Shown in pieces: positions 28,473 through 40,150 of a stretch of DNA of 64,000 bases. The DNA is taken from contig JAENYV010000009.1 of NCBI GenBank assembly GCA_016841605.1, positions 18,718-82,717 on the forward strand, in the 5' to 3' direction. Positions within the stretch are counted from its first letter, which is position 1; every line of letters begins with the position of its first letter. This DNA comes from Dethiobacter alkaliphilus. Lineage in GTDB: Bacteria > Bacillota > Dethiobacteria > DTU022 > UBA8154. Both the position numbers and the translations under genes were made by a program. Below the pieces are notes generated by a model, which made no database searches, was not told the origin of the DNA, and saw nothing but the letters and a program-made list of their open reading frames with translations.

Positions 28473-29273
28473 CTAAATACCGGTAAAAAATATGGCCAGA
28501 CAGATTCCACTGACAGTGAATATACCCACATAGTCCAGAAAATGTGCTTTTAGTTCCCTCATTTTTGTCCTTTGTTCCCCTCCCCGGTAACAACGAGCTT
28601 CCATGGCAACGGCTAAATCGTCGGCCCGTCGAAATGCACTTACAAAAAGGGGAACCAATAGGGGAATCATATTGCGCGCTCTACGAAAAATATTTCCTGT
28701 TTCAAAATCCGCTCCTCGGGCCATTTGTGCTTTGCGGATTTTATCGCTTTCCTCCATTAGTGTGGGAATAAAACGGAGGGCAATGGTCATCATCATGGCA
28801 ATTTCATATCCCGGAACTCCCAGAGGACGCAAAGGACGCAACAGATGCTCTATTCCGTCGGCAAAAGCAACCGGTGATGTGGTCAGTGTGATCAGCAGAG
28901 TGGTGACAACGAGTAAAATCAGCCGTAAAGTCATAAATGTTCCCATAAAAACTCCCATCTCTTCCACGGTCAACGCGCCGAGGCGCCAGTAAACCTCACC
29001 ACCCTTGGTAAAAAGGAAATGAAGAATGAGAGTAAAGAGGACAATAAATAAAACAGGCTTTAAACCCCGAAAGAAATATTTCCAGGGAAGTCGGGAACTT
29101 ATAAAAAGAGCCCCGATAAAAAAAATATAAAAGAAGAAACCATTAAATGTTTTGATCAGAAAAAGCGCCACAATGAGAATAAACAGACTTATTAGCTTTA
29201 CGCGAGGATCGAGTTGATGCAAGAGAGAATTTCCCGGGATATAATGCCCAAGAGTAATACTTTGCATACTCAC
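28473..29273 (-). CDS. ecfT: ECF transporter transmembrane component EcfT
   Basis: Polytopic membrane protein downstream of two Ecf ATPase genes. Confidence 0.8.
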   Translation of the reverse strand: MSMQSITLGHYIPGNSLLHQLDPRVKLISLFILIVALFLIKTFNGFFFYIFFIGALFISSRLPWKYFFRGLKPVLFIVLFTLILHFLFTKGGEVYWRLGALTVEEMGVFMGTFMTLRLILLVVTTLLITLTTSPVAFADGIEHLLRPLRPLGVPGYEIAMMMTIALRFIPTLMEESDKIRKAQMARGADFETGNIFRRARNMIPLLVPLFVSAFRRADDLAVAMEARCYRGGEQRTKMRELKAHFLDYVGIFTVSGICLAIFFTGI

Positions 29274-30133
29274 AGCCTATCCCTCCCGCCAAGGCGGCAA
29301 AGTATCTCCGCTGCCGCTTCTTCTGCCGTAAAAAGATCTGTCCGGATATTTTTCCCTTTCTTTTTAAGTTCCTGTAAAAGCCGGGTCAGAGAGGGAACAT
29401 CAAGTCCAATCTCCCTGATTTGCTCAGCTGAAGCAAAAACATCCCCAGGACTTCCCTGGAGAACAATTTTTCCTCTGGAAAAAACGAATAGCTTATCTGC
29501 TAGACAGGCAATTTCTTCCATATTATGGGTCACCAAAATAACGGTTAAATTTTCTTCCCGGTGAAGTCTTTCAATCTGCTCTAAAAAATTTTGTCGTCCC
29601 AGTGGGTCCATCCCTGCCGTAGGCTCGTCCAGGATTATTACTTCAGGGCTCATGGCCAGGATTCCGGCCATCGCAACCCTTCTTTTTTCACCACCGCTAA
29701 GAGTAAAAGGCGACCTGTCCCGGTAAATTTCATAATCCAGACCCATCATTTCCAGTCCCATACGAACCCGGCCGGCCAGTTCCTTACCTTTTAGACCCGA
29801 GTTGCGTGGTCCGAAAGCAACATCTTTAAAGACCGTTTCCTCAAAAAGCTGGTGCTCAGGAAACTGAAACAAAAGAGCAATTTTCGTCCTGAGAGCACGT
29901 AGATCAATGCTGTGTGACCAGATATCTTTGCCGTTAACCAGCAATTGTCCGGAAGTAGGTTTCAGCAAACCGTTAAAATGCTGGACAAAGGTAGACTTTC
30001 CCGAACCGGTCTCCCCGATAATCCCGACAAATGATCCTTTTTCAATTCCCAGGGTAATATTCTTGAGAGCCTCCACCTGAAAAGGTGTCCCCGGCATATA
30101 TTCATATGATAAATTTCTGGCTTCAATCAGCAT
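29270..30133 (-). CDS. ecfA2: ECF transporter ATPase EcfA2
   Basis: Walker A GETGSGKST, ABC signature LSGGEKRRVA. Confidence 0.85.
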   Translation of the reverse strand: MLIEARNLSYEYMPGTPFQVEALKNITLGIEKGSFVGIIGETGSGKSTFVQHFNGLLKPTSGQLLVNGKDIWSHSIDLRALRTKIALLFQFPEHQLFEETVFKDVAFGPRNSGLKGKELAGRVRMGLEMMGLDYEIYRDRSPFTLSGGEKRRVAMAGILAMSPEVIILDEPTAGMDPLGRQNFLEQIERLHREENLTVILVTHNMEEIACLADKLFVFSRGKIVLQGSPGDVFASAEQIREIGLDVPSLTRLLQELKKKGKNIRTDLFTAEEAAAEILCRLGGRDRL

Positions 30134-30957
30134 AAAAAATTCACCAACTGATTAACATCTAAGACACCGGCAGGTATTTCTAAGCCGCCGGCACGTAATA
30201 TTTTTACTACCCTGGGAATTGCAGGCATTTCCAGCCCGAGACTTTCCAGATCAATATCTCCACCAAAGATATCTGTAGGTTGCCCTTCATGGACCAACCT
30301 TCCTTTGTCCATGACAACAATCCGGTCAGCCTCCAATGTCTCTTCCATAAAGTGGGTAATATGCACTACAGTGATCCCTTCCGTACGGTTTAATCTTTTC
30401 AGCGTTTCCAGCACTTCACGGCGTCCACGCGGATCCAGCATAGCTGTAGGTTCATCTAATACCAGACAACGGGGTTGCATAGCAAAAATACCGGCAATAG
30501 CCAGCCTTTGTTTTTGCCCCCCCGATAAAAGGTGAGGGGCATGGTGCGAAAAAGAAGTTAAACCCACCATTTCTAAAGCCTCAGCAACTCTACGACGGAT
30601 TATTTCAGGGGGAACGGCCAGATTTTCCAATCCGAAAGCAACATCTTCTTCCACTGTTGTCGCCACTATTTGGTTATCCGGGTTTTGAAAGACCATGCCG
30701 ACATGTCGTCGTATTTCCCACCGGTACTCTTCCCGGGAGGTAAGAAGCCCCTCCACCAATATTTCTCCTTCGCTGGGGAGGAGCAGGGCATTTAAATGCC
30801 TCGCCAGGGTTGACTTCCCGGAACCGTTGGGACCAATGAGCGCCAGGTATTCACCTTCGGCAATTTTCAGGGACAGGTTGTCGAGGGCTTTGATCACCCC
30901 TCCACCTTCTAAAGGATAGTGGTAAGTAAGACTGTTAATCTCAATAATTTTGCTCAC
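30127..30957 (-). CDS. ecfA1: ECF transporter ATPase EcfA1
   Basis: Walker A GPNGSGKST, LSGGQKQRLA. Confidence 0.85.
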   Translation of the reverse strand: MSKIIEINSLTYHYPLEGGGVIKALDNLSLKIAEGEYLALIGPNGSGKSTLARHLNALLLPSEGEILVEGLLTSREEYRWEIRRHVGMVFQNPDNQIVATTVEEDVAFGLENLAVPPEIIRRRVAEALEMVGLTSFSHHAPHLLSGGQKQRLAIAGIFAMQPRCLVLDEPTAMLDPRGRREVLETLKRLNRTEGITVVHITHFMEETLEADRIVVMDKGRLVHEGQPTDIFGGDIDLESLGLEMPAIPRVVKILRAGGLEIPAGVLDVNQLVNFLC

Positions 30958-31016
30958 TTATACACCACCCCCGGTCTTTTTGTAATAATAATGGGTCAGA
31001 ATAAAACAAGACAGAT

Positions 31017-31355
31017 TTAGACCAGTTCTAAAATAACCATGGGTGCGCCGTCTCCCCGTCTATAACCTTTTTTCATGATACGAGTATAGCCTCCGTCGCG
31101 GCCTTCAAATCTGGGTCCGATTTTTTCAAACAACTTACTTACTGCTGATTCATCCATCATATAAGACAGAGCCTGCCGCCGAGCATGAAGATCACCTCTT
31201 TTTCCCAGAGTGACCATTTTATCGGCAATACTTGCTATCTCCTTAGCTTTCGCTTCGGTCGTCTCAATACGTTCTGCAATAAACAGGGAAGTAACCAAAT
31301 TACGTAAAAGGGCCTGCCTGGGGCCTGTTGCACGGCTAAATTTACGGTGAGCCAT
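31017..31355 (-). CDS. rplQ: 50S ribosomal protein L17
   Basis: [20 protein letters not shown]...; track ORF has a spurious N-terminal extension. Confidence 0.9.
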   Translation of the reverse strand: MAHRKFSRATGPRQALLRNLVTSLFIAERIETTEAKAKEIASIADKMVTLGKRGDLHARRQALSYMMDESAVSKLFEKIGPRFEGRDGGYTRIMKKGYRRGDGAPMVILELV

Positions 31356-31444
31356 GATAATAGCTAATCTTACTGTAAGATATTCGGCAAGATCAGCTCG
31401 ACACCCCCTTTCGCTAAAATTTACTATCACTTTTAAAAATAAGT

Positions 31445-32389
31445 TTACTCTGCATCTTTTTTAAGCTTTAAACCAAGTTCGAAGATCTTATTCTGTACTT
31501 CTTCGAGAGATTTTTTACCCAGGTTGCGTACTTTCATCATTTCATCTTCACTCTTGCGGATCAATTCTTCAACCGTATTAATTCCCGCTCTCTTCAAACA
31601 ATTATATGAGCGCACGGAAAGGTCAAGTTCTTCAATAGTCATTTCCAAAATCTTTTCCGTGTTATTCTCTTCTTCTTCGTCGGCAATCTCCACTTCATCC
31701 ACCTTTTCCGTCAAGTTGATAAAAAGGTTTAAAAGCTTACTAAGGATTTTTGCCCCCATGCTAAGTGATTCGTCGGGCTCCACACTACCGTCTGTCCAGA
31801 TGTCAAGGGTCAATTTATCATAATCCGTATGTTGCCCGACTCTGGTATTTTCCACGAAGAAGTTCATCTTTTTAATTGGGGTAAAAATTGAATCCACAGG
31901 AATAACACCGATTGGTTGATTGGGTAGTTTATTGCGTTCTGCGGGATAGTATCCCCGCCCTTTACTGGCAGTAATCTCCATGTAAAGTTTTCCGTCTTCT
32001 TCGAGGGTAGCAATAAGCTGCTCCGAATTAAGGACCTCCACATCAGCCGGAGCTTTAATATCTTTGGCCTTGACTTCTCCTTTTCCCTCAGCATCGATGA
32101 TCAGCAGCTGGGGTTCATTGCTGTGGATTTTCAGCCGCAATGCCTTCAGATTCATCAAAATTTCAGGTGTTTCCTCCAGGACATGGGGAATCGTGGAAAA
32201 TTCATGCAGGACACCGTCAATTTTTACACTTACAACAGCTGCCCCTTCCAGGGAAGAAAGAAGGATGCGGCGTAGCGAATTGCCCAACGTTGTCCCGTAA
32301 CCCCTCTCAAGGGGTTCAATAACAAAACGTCCATATTCCTTCCCGTTTCTTTCTACCCATTCAATCCTCGGTTTTTCAATTTCAATCAA
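31445..32389 (-). CDS. rpoA: DNA-directed RNA polymerase subunit alpha
   Basis: 314 aa; N-terminal domain + C-terminal ...[19 protein letters not shown]... Confidence 0.95.
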   Translation of the reverse strand: MIEIEKPRIEWVERNGKEYGRFVIEPLERGYGTTLGNSLRRILLSSLEGAAVVSVKIDGVLHEFSTIPHVLEETPEILMNLKALRLKIHSNEPQLLIIDAEGKGEVKAKDIKAPADVEVLNSEQLIATLEEDGKLYMEITASKGRGYYPAERNKLPNQPIGVIPVDSIFTPIKKMNFFVENTRVGQHTDYDKLTLDIWTDGSVEPDESLSMGAKILSKLLNLFINLTEKVDEVEIADEEEENNTEKILEMTIEELDLSVRSYNCLKRAGINTVEELIRKSEDEMMKVRNLGKKSLEEVQNKIFELGLKLKKDAE

Positions 32390-32421
32390 TTGTTAATCCC
32401 CTCCTACCTTATTAAGAGTTA

Positions 32422-33051
32422 CTAGCGTGAATAAAGCTCTACAATAAGGTGTTCAGAAATAGGAACATCCAGCTCTTCACGAAGAGGAAGACGTATTACT
32501 TTACCCTTCATTTTTTCACGATCAACCTCCAGCCAGCCGGCAATACCCTGAGCAGTGCCCCACTCAGACATTTCTTTAAAGAAGGGACGGCTTTTGCTCC
32601 CTTCCCGAACTGAAATTTCATCTCCCGGTCTGGTCAGATAAGATGGGACATTAACCTTGCAATTATTTACGGCAAAGTGCCCGTGGCGGATCAACTGGCG
32701 GGCTTCAGAGCGCGAACGGGCCAGACCCATCCTAAAAATAATATTATCCAATCTGCTCTCCAAAATTTGCAGCAGTGTCTCACCGGTTACACCCTTGCGT
32801 CTGTCTGCTTCTTGAAAATACCGCCTGAATTGTTTTTCCAGGACACCATAGATACGACGTGTTTTCTGTTTTTCTCGCAATTGCAGTCCGTATTCCGAAA
32901 CCTTTTGCCGCCTGTTTCTTCCATGCGAACCGGGTGGGTAACCTTTACGGGCAACGGCACATTTCTCACTATAGCACCTGTCCCCTTTCAGATACAACTT
33001 TGTCCCCTCCCGCCGGCAAAGTCTGCAAGCAGCCTCTAAATATCTTGCCAT
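32422..33051 (-). CDS. rpsD: 30S ribosomal protein S4 (Zn-ribbon type)
   Basis: [32 protein letters not shown]...; start at the ATG after SD ggaggtg. Confidence 0.9.
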   Translation of the reverse strand: MARYLEAACRLCRREGTKLYLKGDRCYSEKCAVARKGYPPGSHGRNRRQKVSEYGLQLREKQKTRRIYGVLEKQFRRYFQEADRRKGVTGETLLQILESRLDNIIFRMGLARSRSEARQLIRHGHFAVNNCKVNVPSYLTRPGDEISVREGSKSRPFFKEMSEWGTAQGIAGWLEVDREKMKGKVIRLPLREELDVPISEHLIVELYSR

Positions 33052-33085
33052 TTTCGGTATCTTCACCTCCTGTTATAATTGCTGC

Positions 33086-33481
33086 CTAAACGCGGCGCCG
33101 TTTTGGTGGACGACAACCGTTATGAGGGATAGGAGTAACATCTTTGATCAGGTTAACCTCTAACCCCGCGGCCTGGAGAGAACGTATCGCCGCCTCACGG
33201 CCGGAACCGGGCCCCTTAACCAGTACTTCTACTTGTCTCATTCCATGATCCATCGCTGTCCGGGCCGCAGATTCCGCTGCCAGCTGGGCAGCAAAAGGTG
33301 TAGATTTTCTGGAACCTTTAAATCCAACCATTCCGGCACTGGCCCATGCCACATTATTCCCCTGCAGATCAGTAATAGTTATAATCGTATTATTAAAACT
33401 GGACTTTATATGGGCAACCCCGTGCTCAATATTTTTTCGTTCTCTGCGCCTTGGCCGGGTAGCTGTTTTTTTCTTGGCCAC
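33086..33481 (-). CDS. rpsK: 30S ribosomal protein S11
   Basis: ...[22 protein letters not shown]...[13 protein letters not shown]; probable GTG start ([13 protein letters not shown]); the track ORF starts 12 nt earlier inside the SD. Confidence 0.85.
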   Translation of the reverse strand: MAKKKTATRPRRRERKNIEHGVAHIKSSFNNTIITITDLQGNNVAWASAGMVGFKGSRKSTPFAAQLAAESAARTAMDHGMRQVEVLVKGPGSGREAAIRSLQAAGLEVNLIKDVTPIPHNGCRPPKRRRV

Positions 33482-33499
33482 CTTCTTTCTCACCCTTTC

Positions 33500-33871
33500 C
33501 TATTTTTTCCTGCGGACACCGACTGTCCTCTTGGGTCCTTTGCGGGTACGCGCATTATTTTTTGTTGTCTGTCCTCTCACCGGAAGGCCGCGGCGATGGC
33601 GAATACCGCGATAGCAACCGATCTCGATCAGACGCTTAATGTTCATGGCCACATCCCGGCGCAGGTCTCCCTCGACCTTATAATTTTTATCTATATACTC
33701 CCTTAAACGACTAATTTCCTCCTCGGTCAGGTCCCTAACTCTGGTATGAGGATTTACATTTGTATACTGTAAGGCATCCTGGGCTCTCTTCAGCCCCAGC
33801 CCATAAATATAAGTCAGAGCAATTTCCACATGTTTGTCACGGGGCAAATCCACCCCTGCTATCCTGGCCAC
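33500..33871 (-). CDS. rpsM: 30S ribosomal protein S13
   Basis: [26 protein letters not shown]... Confidence 0.95.
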   Translation of the reverse strand: MARIAGVDLPRDKHVEIALTYIYGLGLKRAQDALQYTNVNPHTRVRDLTEEEISRLREYIDKNYKVEGDLRRDVAMNIKRLIEIGCYRGIRHRRGLPVRGQTTKNNARTRKGPKRTVGVRRKK

Positions 33872-33935
33872 CTCTTTTGCACCTCCTTTTCTGAAAAAGG
33901 TTAAACGTAATTATTATACCCCAAAGTATTTCCGT

Positions 33936-34049
33936 CTATCCCTGTCGTTGCTTGTGCTTGGGGTTTTCACAGATGATCATTATCTTTCCCTTTCGGCGAA
34001 TCACTTTACATTTTTCGCACATAGGTTTCACCGACGGGCGCACTTTCAT
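33936..34049 (-). CDS. rpmJ: 50S ribosomal protein L36
   Basis: My translation: [37 protein letters not shown] (37 aa); too short for the ORF track. Confidence 0.9.
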   Translation of the reverse strand: MKVRPSVKPMCEKCKVIRRKGKIMIICENPKHKQRQG

Positions 34050-34076
34050 TTCCTTCAAGCCCCCTTGAAAATAAAT

Positions 34077-34298
34077 TTATTTATAACGGTAAGTGATCCG
34101 TCCTCTTGTAAGGTCATAAGGAGAGAGTTCGACTAAAACACGATCCCCGGCCAAAATACGAATAAAATTCATACGAATCTTGCCGGAAACATGGGCCAGC
34201 ACCCTGACTCCATTTTTTAGCTCCACCCTGAACATAGCGTTGGGCAGAGGTTCAACAACCTTTCCCTCTACCTCTATCACATCTTTTTTTGGGGACAT
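34077..34298 (-). CDS. infA: Translation initiation factor IF-1
   Basis: [54 protein letters not shown]... Confidence 0.9.
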   Translation of the reverse strand: MSPKKDVIEVEGKVVEPLPNAMFRVELKNGVRVLAHVSGKIRMNFIRILAGDRVLVELSPYDLTRGRITYRYK

Positions 34299-34320
34299 AC
34301 CCTGGGCATACCTCCTTTCC

Positions 34321-34629
34321 TTAACTTCCACTATCAGAAGAGTTCCGGAGGTAATGGGGGTAACTCTCATTAGTTGTTAGAAAAGTATTCAGGATGTTTC
34401 TCACCTCGGTATCGTTTAAATTACCCTGCCGGATTCTCTCCTTCACTTCAGGGACCATACAGCGGTAAGGTTGCAGGTGTTTCGGATTTTTTTTCTTCGG
34501 TCGACTGATGGGACGGCTGCGCCCATCTGCCAAAAGCACCCTGCCCGCTTCATAACCGATAATCAGGTAATGTTTTCCCTTATCTCTTCCCACCAGCGAT
34601 TTTACCACCTGCCCGAGTTCAACGTCCAC
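34321..34629 (-). CDS. KOW-domain RNA-binding protein (small, map-infA associated)
   Basis: [53 protein letters not shown]; position typical for Clostridia. Confidence 0.55.
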   Translation of the reverse strand: MDVELGQVVKSLVGRDKGKHYLIIGYEAGRVLLADGRSRPISRPKKKNPKHLQPYRCMVPEVKERIRQGNLNDTEVRNILNTFLTTNESYPHYLRNSSDSGS

Positions 34630-34681
34630 TTTACCCCCGCCTTTCCAGCTCCTTAGCTTATTCTTCTATCTGCAAACCAGG

Positions 34682-35428
34682 TTACAGTGTAGTGAGAATT
34701 TCGGGGCCGTTTTTTAAGATGGCCACCGTATGCTCAAAGTGTGCTGAAAGGCCTTTATCTCTGGTAACCACTGTCCACTGATCATCCAAAGTTTTAACCT
34801 CCCAGGTACCGGTATTGACCATCGGTTCAATGGCCAGTACCATTCCTTCCTGAAGAAGCGGCCCCTTTCCGGGGAGGCCAAAATTGGGAACCTGTGGCTC
34901 CTCATGCATAGCACTTCCAATACCATGTCCCACATAGTTACGGACAACAGAAAATCCATTTTTTTCTACAAAAGTTTGAATCGTATTAGAAATATCATAC
35001 AGGTGGTTCCCTGGAACAGCTTTCTTAATACCCCTTAACAAAGAGTTTTTTGTCACATCCATTAATTTCCTGGCCAGAGGCGAAATTGTTCCGACAGGAA
35101 ATGTACATGCCGCATCGCCGAAATAACCCTTGTATGAAACTCCCACATCAATACTGATAATATCTCCCTCAACCAACCGGCGTAAACCGGGAATTCCATG
35201 GACAACTTCATCGTTAAGAGACGTACAGATACTGGCCGGAAAGCCATGGTAACCGAGGAAAGCCGGTTTGGCATGTTGTGATCTGATAAAACGCTGAGCC
35301 AGTGTATCAAGCTGAGCAGTGGTGATTCCGGGCTTAATGGCTTTTGAAAGATGCGACAGGATTTGGGCAACAATGCGTCCGGCCTGACGCATAAGTTCTA
35401 TTTCCTGTGGCGACTTTATAATAATCAA
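34682..35428 (-). CDS. map: Methionine aminopeptidase type I
   Basis: 248 aa; ...VHGIPG...DIISIDVG...GHGIG... metal-site motifs. Confidence 0.9.
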   Translation of the reverse strand: MIIIKSPQEIELMRQAGRIVAQILSHLSKAIKPGITTAQLDTLAQRFIRSQHAKPAFLGYHGFPASICTSLNDEVVHGIPGLRRLVEGDIISIDVGVSYKGYFGDAACTFPVGTISPLARKLMDVTKNSLLRGIKKAVPGNHLYDISNTIQTFVEKNGFSVVRNYVGHGIGSAMHEEPQVPNFGLPGKGPLLQEGMVLAIEPMVNTGTWEVKTLDDQWTVVTRDKGLSAHFEHTVAILKNGPEILTTL

Positions 35429-35441
35429 CCGGACCGACTCC

Positions 35442-36698
35442 TTATTTCATAAATCCTTGATAATTACGCATCAACATCTGACTTTCAATTTGACGCATAG
35501 TTTCCAAAGCCACACCGACAATAATAATTAAAGATGTGCCCTGAAAGATAAGGTTAATACGTGTCACATTTTGCAGCAGAATAGGTAAAACACAGATAAA
35601 CGCCAGAGAAAAAGCCCCGACAAAAGTCAGCCTGTTAGATATTCTACTAAGATATTCCGCCGTAGGTCTTCCGGGTCTTAATCCCGGGATAAAACCCCCG
35701 TATTTTTTTATATCGCCGGCAACCTTTACGGGGTCAAACTGTATAGCCGTGTAGAAAAACGTAAAGAGAATGATAAAAGCCGCATAAAGAACCGTATTAA
35801 GAACTGTTCCCCAGCTTAAAGCTTCAGAAATACCCCTTGTAATAGGATGATTAATAAACATGGTTATGGTTGCCGGAAACATTAATATTGCCGAAGCGAA
35901 AATAACAGGAATAACGCCTGCCTGGTTTACCTTCAAGGGAATATGAGTGCTTTGCCCTCCGTAAATACGCCTTCCAACTACCCTTTTGGCATACTGAACA
36001 GGTATCCTCCTTCTTCCGACTTCAAGAGCAATAATGCTCACAATTAACCCAACCAAAACGAGCACAATGGGAATAAGCGTATAAAAACGTACTTCTCCAA
36101 GCTGCACAAGCTCGATAATCTTCCCTACATTTGCCGGAAAACCGGCAATAATACCGGCAAAAATAAGCAAAGAAATTCCGTTGCCGATTCCTTTTTCCGT
36201 AATTAGTTCCCCCAGCCACATAAGAAAAGCGGTCCCGGCTGTCAAGGAAATAATAATAACGAGGTAGGAAGTCCACCTGTGATCGGTAATTGCCGGCTGC
36301 ATGAGGCTGAATGTCATCCCTGAAGCCTGTAAAAAAGCCAGAATGACTGTTCCGTAACGAATGATTTGAATCATTTTCTTACGTCCCTCAGCCCCTTCTT
36401 CACTCCATTCCTTGAATTTAGGAATAACAACCGTCAGCAACTGCATAATAATGGACGCATTGATATACGGCATAATACCCATGGCAAAAACAGTAAAATT
36501 TTTCAAAGCTCCACCGGCAATAACATTGTAAAAGCCGAAAAGAGTATCTTCCTGAAAAAAATCCGCCAAAACTTCCGGGTTTATACCCGGAACGGGAATA
36601 TGGGCACCAATACGGAAAACAACCAGCATCAGAAAAGTAAAAATAAGTCTTTGCCGCAGTTCCTTAATCCCCAGGGCATTACGAACTGTTTCCAACAT
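35442..36698 (-). CDS. secY: Preprotein translocase subunit SecY
   Basis: 418 aa, 10-TM SecY pattern, ends ...MRNYQGFMK. Confidence 0.95.
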   Translation of the reverse strand: MLETVRNALGIKELRQRLIFTFLMLVVFRIGAHIPVPGINPEVLADFFQEDTLFGFYNVIAGGALKNFTVFAMGIMPYINASIIMQLLTVVIPKFKEWSEEGAEGRKKMIQIIRYGTVILAFLQASGMTFSLMQPAITDHRWTSYLVIIISLTAGTAFLMWLGELITEKGIGNGISLLIFAGIIAGFPANVGKIIELVQLGEVRFYTLIPIVLVLVGLIVSIIALEVGRRRIPVQYAKRVVGRRIYGGQSTHIPLKVNQAGVIPVIFASAILMFPATITMFINHPITRGISEALSWGTVLNTVLYAAFIILFTFFYTAIQFDPVKVAGDIKKYGGFIPGLRPGRPTAEYLSRISNRLTFVGAFSLAFICVLPILLQNVTRINLIFQGTSLIIIVGVALETMRQIESQMLMRNYQGFMK

Positions 36699-36699
36699 C

Positions 36700-37140
36700 T
36701 TATATCACCTCAGCCCTGCCGCCAACCGCTAAAATTTTCTCTTTGGCTTGCGAGCTAAAACTACCGGCTTTGACGGTTAATTCTTTTTCCAGTTCTCCCT
36801 GACCTAATATTTTAATGCTGTTTTTTAAAGATTTTATGATCCCCTTCTCTTTTAAAAGTTCCGGAGTCACAATTGTTCCCGCATCAAAACAGTTCAGGGT
36901 CCCCACATTGACAATCGTCCATTCCCGGCGAAATATATTGGTAAACCCACGCTTGGGCAGACGCTGGAAAAGAGGCATTTGTCCCCCTTCAAATCCCCGC
37001 CTGACACCGCCACCGGACCTGGACTTTTGTCCTTTTTGTCCACGACCCGATGTTTTTCCCAAGCCGGAACCTGTTCCTCGACCAACCCTCTTCGGCGTAT
37101 GACGGGAACCGGAAGCAGGTTTCAATTCATGCAAAGGCAT
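36700..37140 (-). CDS. rplO: 50S ribosomal protein L15
   Basis: [38 protein letters not shown]; start at the ATG after SD aaaaggaggtg (track start is a GTG within the SD). Confidence 0.9.
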   Translation of the reverse strand: MPLHELKPASGSRHTPKRVGRGTGSGLGKTSGRGQKGQKSRSGGGVRRGFEGGQMPLFQRLPKRGFTNIFRREWTIVNVGTLNCFDAGTIVTPELLKEKGIIKSLKNSIKILGQGELEKELTVKAGSFSSQAKEKILAVGGRAEVI

Positions 37141-37199
37141 TTTTAAATACACCTCCTTTTAACTGATAAGGAACAACTGCCGGGTCCTTTTCTTTCCCA

Positions 37200-37376
37200 T
37201 CATTCCACGGCAACCAGATGTTTAACATGGAATATCATACCTCGTATTTGAGGATTATCTTCATGTTCCACAGTATGGTTTAAACGGCGCAAGCCCAATG
37301 CTTTCACCGTTTTCCTGTGGGACGGCTTGCTTCCGGAAGGACTCTTCACAAGTGTAATCCTAATCTTCTTGCTCAA
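37200..37376 (-). CDS. rpmD: 50S ribosomal protein L30
   Basis: My translation with TTG start: (M)[57 protein letters not shown]; SD gaggtg. Confidence 0.8.
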   Translation of the reverse strand: MSKKIRITLVKSPSGSKPSHRKTVKALGLRRLNHTVEHEDNPQIRGMIFHVKHLVAVE

Positions 37377-37388
37377 AACGCTTCACCT

Positions 37389-37892
37389 CTATACATTCAA
37401 TTCTTCAAGTTCTTTGCCGCGTTTTTTAGCTACTTCCTTGGGCGTTTTTAACGACTTTAAACCTTCAATGGTTGCATTGACCATATTTAAAGCATTGGAA
37501 GAACCCAAATTTTTGGTTAATATATCCTTAATCCCTGCCAGCTCAAGGACTGCTCTTACGGGCCCGCCGGCAATAACTCCGGTACCTTCGGAAGCAGGTT
37601 TTAAAAGTACCCTTCCGGCACCAAAATGCCCAATGACATCATGAGTGATCGTTGTTCCTGCCATGGGAACTTTAATCATATTTTTCCGGGCATCATCAAC
37701 CCCTTTGCGAATAGCATCGGGAACCTGCCCTGCTTTACCAAGTCCGGTACCAACGACTCCATTCCCATCACCGACAACAACAAGAGCACTAAAACTGAAG
37801 CGCCGACCGCCTTTGACAACTTTTGCCACCCTGTTTACGCGAACGACTCTCTCTGATAGTTCACCCTGGGATTCAATTTTCGGCAAGCTCAA
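37389..37892 (-). CDS. rpsE: 30S ribosomal protein S5
   Basis: ...[28 protein letters not shown]... Confidence 0.95.
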   Translation of the reverse strand: MSLPKIESQGELSERVVRVNRVAKVVKGGRRFSFSALVVVGDGNGVVGTGLGKAGQVPDAIRKGVDDARKNMIKVPMAGTTITHDVIGHFGAGRVLLKPASEGTGVIAGGPVRAVLELAGIKDILTKNLGSSNALNMVNATIEGLKSLKTPKEVAKKRGKELEELNV

Positions 37893-37910
37893 AAACCTCC
37901 TTTCCCGGTC

Positions 37911-38279
37911 TTAAAATTTCAACCCGTATTCCCTGGCCCCTTCTGCCAGTGCTTTAACTCTCCCATGATAGAGATATCCGCCCCGGTCAAAGACAATACT
38001 CTCTATTCCTCTTTCCAGCGCTCTCTTCGCCAAGATTTCACCAACACGTTGTGCCGCTTCTTTGTTCATCGTTGCGGAAAGTTGGTCCCTGAGGGAAGGC
38101 TCCTGTGTAGAAGCGGAAACCAGGGTATGACCGGCTTTATCATCAATAAGTTGGGCATAAATATGTCTTAGGCTGCGATAAACGCTTAGACGGGGCCGCT
38201 GTGCCGTTCCATGAATTTTTTTTCTGACCCGAAAGTGGCGCCTCTTCCTGGCCAATCTTTTCTGCTCAATTCTAGCCAC
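37911..38279 (-). CDS. rplR: 50S ribosomal protein L18
   Basis: ...[26 protein letters not shown]... Confidence 0.95.
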   Translation of the reverse strand: MARIEQKRLARKRRHFRVRKKIHGTAQRPRLSVYRSLRHIYAQLIDDKAGHTLVSASTQEPSLRDQLSATMNKEAAQRVGEILAKRALERGIESIVFDRGGYLYHGRVKALAEGAREYGLKF

Positions 38280-38314
38280 TTCTTCTTCACCTCTTCAAAC
38301 TTTATCCACTCAGG

Positions 38315-38854
38315 TTATTTTCCAGCCTTGCCGACTTTGCGCCGGATATGTTCCCCTTCGTATTTAATTCCTTTGCCTTTATAGGGTTCAGGAGGTCTGA
38401 TCCGCCTTATTATCGCGGCGGTATCACCGACAATCTCCTTGTCAATACCCGAAACTGTAATTTTTGTTGGGGCTGGAACTTCGATTTCAATACCTTCCCT
38501 GGGGACAAAATTTACAGGCTGAGAATAACCTACGTTCAACACAAGATTCTCGCCCTGTTTTGTCGCTCGATAGCCGACGCCCACCAGTTCCAATTTTTTG
38601 CTGAATCCCTGTGAAACCCCTTCAACCATATTGGCCAGCAATGTCCTTCCCAAACCGTGCAGAGAACGATGCTCTTTTTTATCTGAAGGACGCAGCACAA
38701 GGAGATGTCCATCTTCCTTTTTAATCTCCAAGCAGGAGGGAATCTTTTTTACCAGTTGCCCCCTGGGACCTGTAACAGTAACCTTGTTTTCTTGTTCAAT
38801 TTTAATTTCTACCCCTTCCGGTATGGAAATGGGCTTTTTACCAATTCGAGACAC
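38315..38854 (-). CDS. rplF: 50S ribosomal protein L6
   Basis: (M)[16 protein letters not shown]...; GTG start 8 nt after GGAGG is favoured over the track start, which lies inside the SD. Confidence 0.85.
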   Translation of the reverse strand: MSRIGKKPISIPEGVEIKIEQENKVTVTGPRGQLVKKIPSCLEIKKEDGHLLVLRPSDKKEHRSLHGLGRTLLANMVEGVSQGFSKKLELVGVGYRATKQGENLVLNVGYSQPVNFVPREGIEIEVPAPTKITVSGIDKEIVGDTAAIIRRIRPPEPYKGKGIKYEGEHIRRKVGKAGK

Positions 38855-38866
38855 ATTTTCCACCTC

Positions 38867-39262
38867 CTACCACACATAACATATAACTTCGCCACCCAGG
38901 CCTTCAAGACGCGCTTTTTTGTCGGTCATAATTCCCCGAGAGGTAGAAATAATGGCTACACCCAGGCCGTTTAATACCTTTGGCATTTCATTTTTTCCCG
39001 CATAAACTCTCAGTCCCGGTTTACTGATCCGTTTTAAACCCGTTATTACTCTGCGGGCATCTTGCCCGTACTTAAGATAAAGCTTCAAATTTCCCTGTTT
39101 TTTATTGGAAATTACTTCGAAATCCTTAATATATCCTTCATTTTTTAAAATACCGGCAATGGCCTCTTTTATTTTTGAGGAAGGTACCTGTACATTCCCA
39201 TGGCCGGCCATATTTGCGTTACGGATCCTGGTCAACATATCGGCGATAGGATCGGTCATCAT
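38867..39262 (-). CDS. rpsH: 30S ribosomal protein S8
   Basis: [16 protein letters not shown]... Confidence 0.95.
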   Translation of the reverse strand: MMTDPIADMLTRIRNANMAGHGNVQVPSSKIKEAIAGILKNEGYIKDFEVISNKKQGNLKLYLKYGQDARRVITGLKRISKPGLRVYAGKNEMPKVLNGLGVAIISTSRGIMTDKKARLEGLGGEVICYVW

Positions 39263-39295
39263 CTTTGAAACTTAAACCTCCTTTCTACCCTAAGG

Positions 39296-39481
39296 CTACC
39301 AGCTTGCTTTTTTCACACCGGGGACAACTCCCTCGTGAACAAGCTTCCGGAAACATAGGCGGCACATTCCGAACTTGCGCAGATACGCCCTCGGACGCCC
39401 GCATAGTTGGCAGCGATTATATCGACGAACCTCAAATCTGGGTTCTCTTTTAGCCTTGGCGATCATCGACTTTTTAGCCAC
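39296..39481 (-). CDS. rpsZ: 30S ribosomal protein S14 type Z (zinc-binding)
   Basis: 61 aa; [24 protein letters not shown]. Confidence 0.95.
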   Translation of the reverse strand: MAKKSMIAKAKREPRFEVRRYNRCQLCGRPRAYLRKFGMCRLCFRKLVHEGVVPGVKKASW

Positions 39482-39554
39482 AAATTCTCCTGGTCATTGT
39501 TTTAACCAGGCTGCACCTCCTTTCTGCCAAAGATTATCTTTCTCCTTTCTACGC

Positions 39555-40097
39555 TCAGGCAGCCCTGAACGGCATCCCCAAAAGCCGGAGCAACTCCCTG
39601 GCTTCTTCATCGTTTACTGCCGTAGTAACGATAGTAATATCCATCCCTTGTATTTTTTCCACTTTATCATAATCGATCTCCGGGAAAATAATCTGCTCCT
39701 TTAATCCAAGAGAATAATTTCCCCTTCCATCAAATGACTTCGGGGATATGCCGCGGAAGTCTCTCACACGGGGAAGTGCCACGTTAATTAACTTGGTAAC
39801 AAAATCATACATCGTTTCGCCCCGTAATGTTACCTTGCAACCAATAGACATTCCCTCCCGAAGCTTAAAACTGGCAATGGAATTTTTCGCTTTGGTAATA
39901 ACAGGCTTCTGCCCCGTAATAAGGGCTAAATCTGCCGCTGCAGATTCCAACAATTTGGGGTTGTCTTTTCCCTCACCAATTCCCATATTGACAACAACTT
40001 TTTCCAGGCGGGGAACCTGCATAACATTTTTATAGGAAAAGCGTTCAATTAATGACGGACGAACTTCTTCCTCATACTTTTTCTTCAAATTCGACAT
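39555..40097 (-). CDS. rplE: 50S ribosomal protein L5
   Basis: [42 protein letters not shown]; start at the ATG with SD aaggaggg. Confidence 0.9.
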   Translation of the reverse strand: MSNLKKKYEEEVRPSLIERFSYKNVMQVPRLEKVVVNMGIGEGKDNPKLLESAAADLALITGQKPVITKAKNSIASFKLREGMSIGCKVTLRGETMYDFVTKLINVALPRVRDFRGISPKSFDGRGNYSLGLKEQIIFPEIDYDKVEKIQGMDITIVTTAVNDEEARELLRLLGMPFRAA

Positions 40098-40150
40098 ACT
40101 ATCCCTCCTTCCCCCTGCCCTTCTCAATTGTCAAATAACAGGCATAGCCT

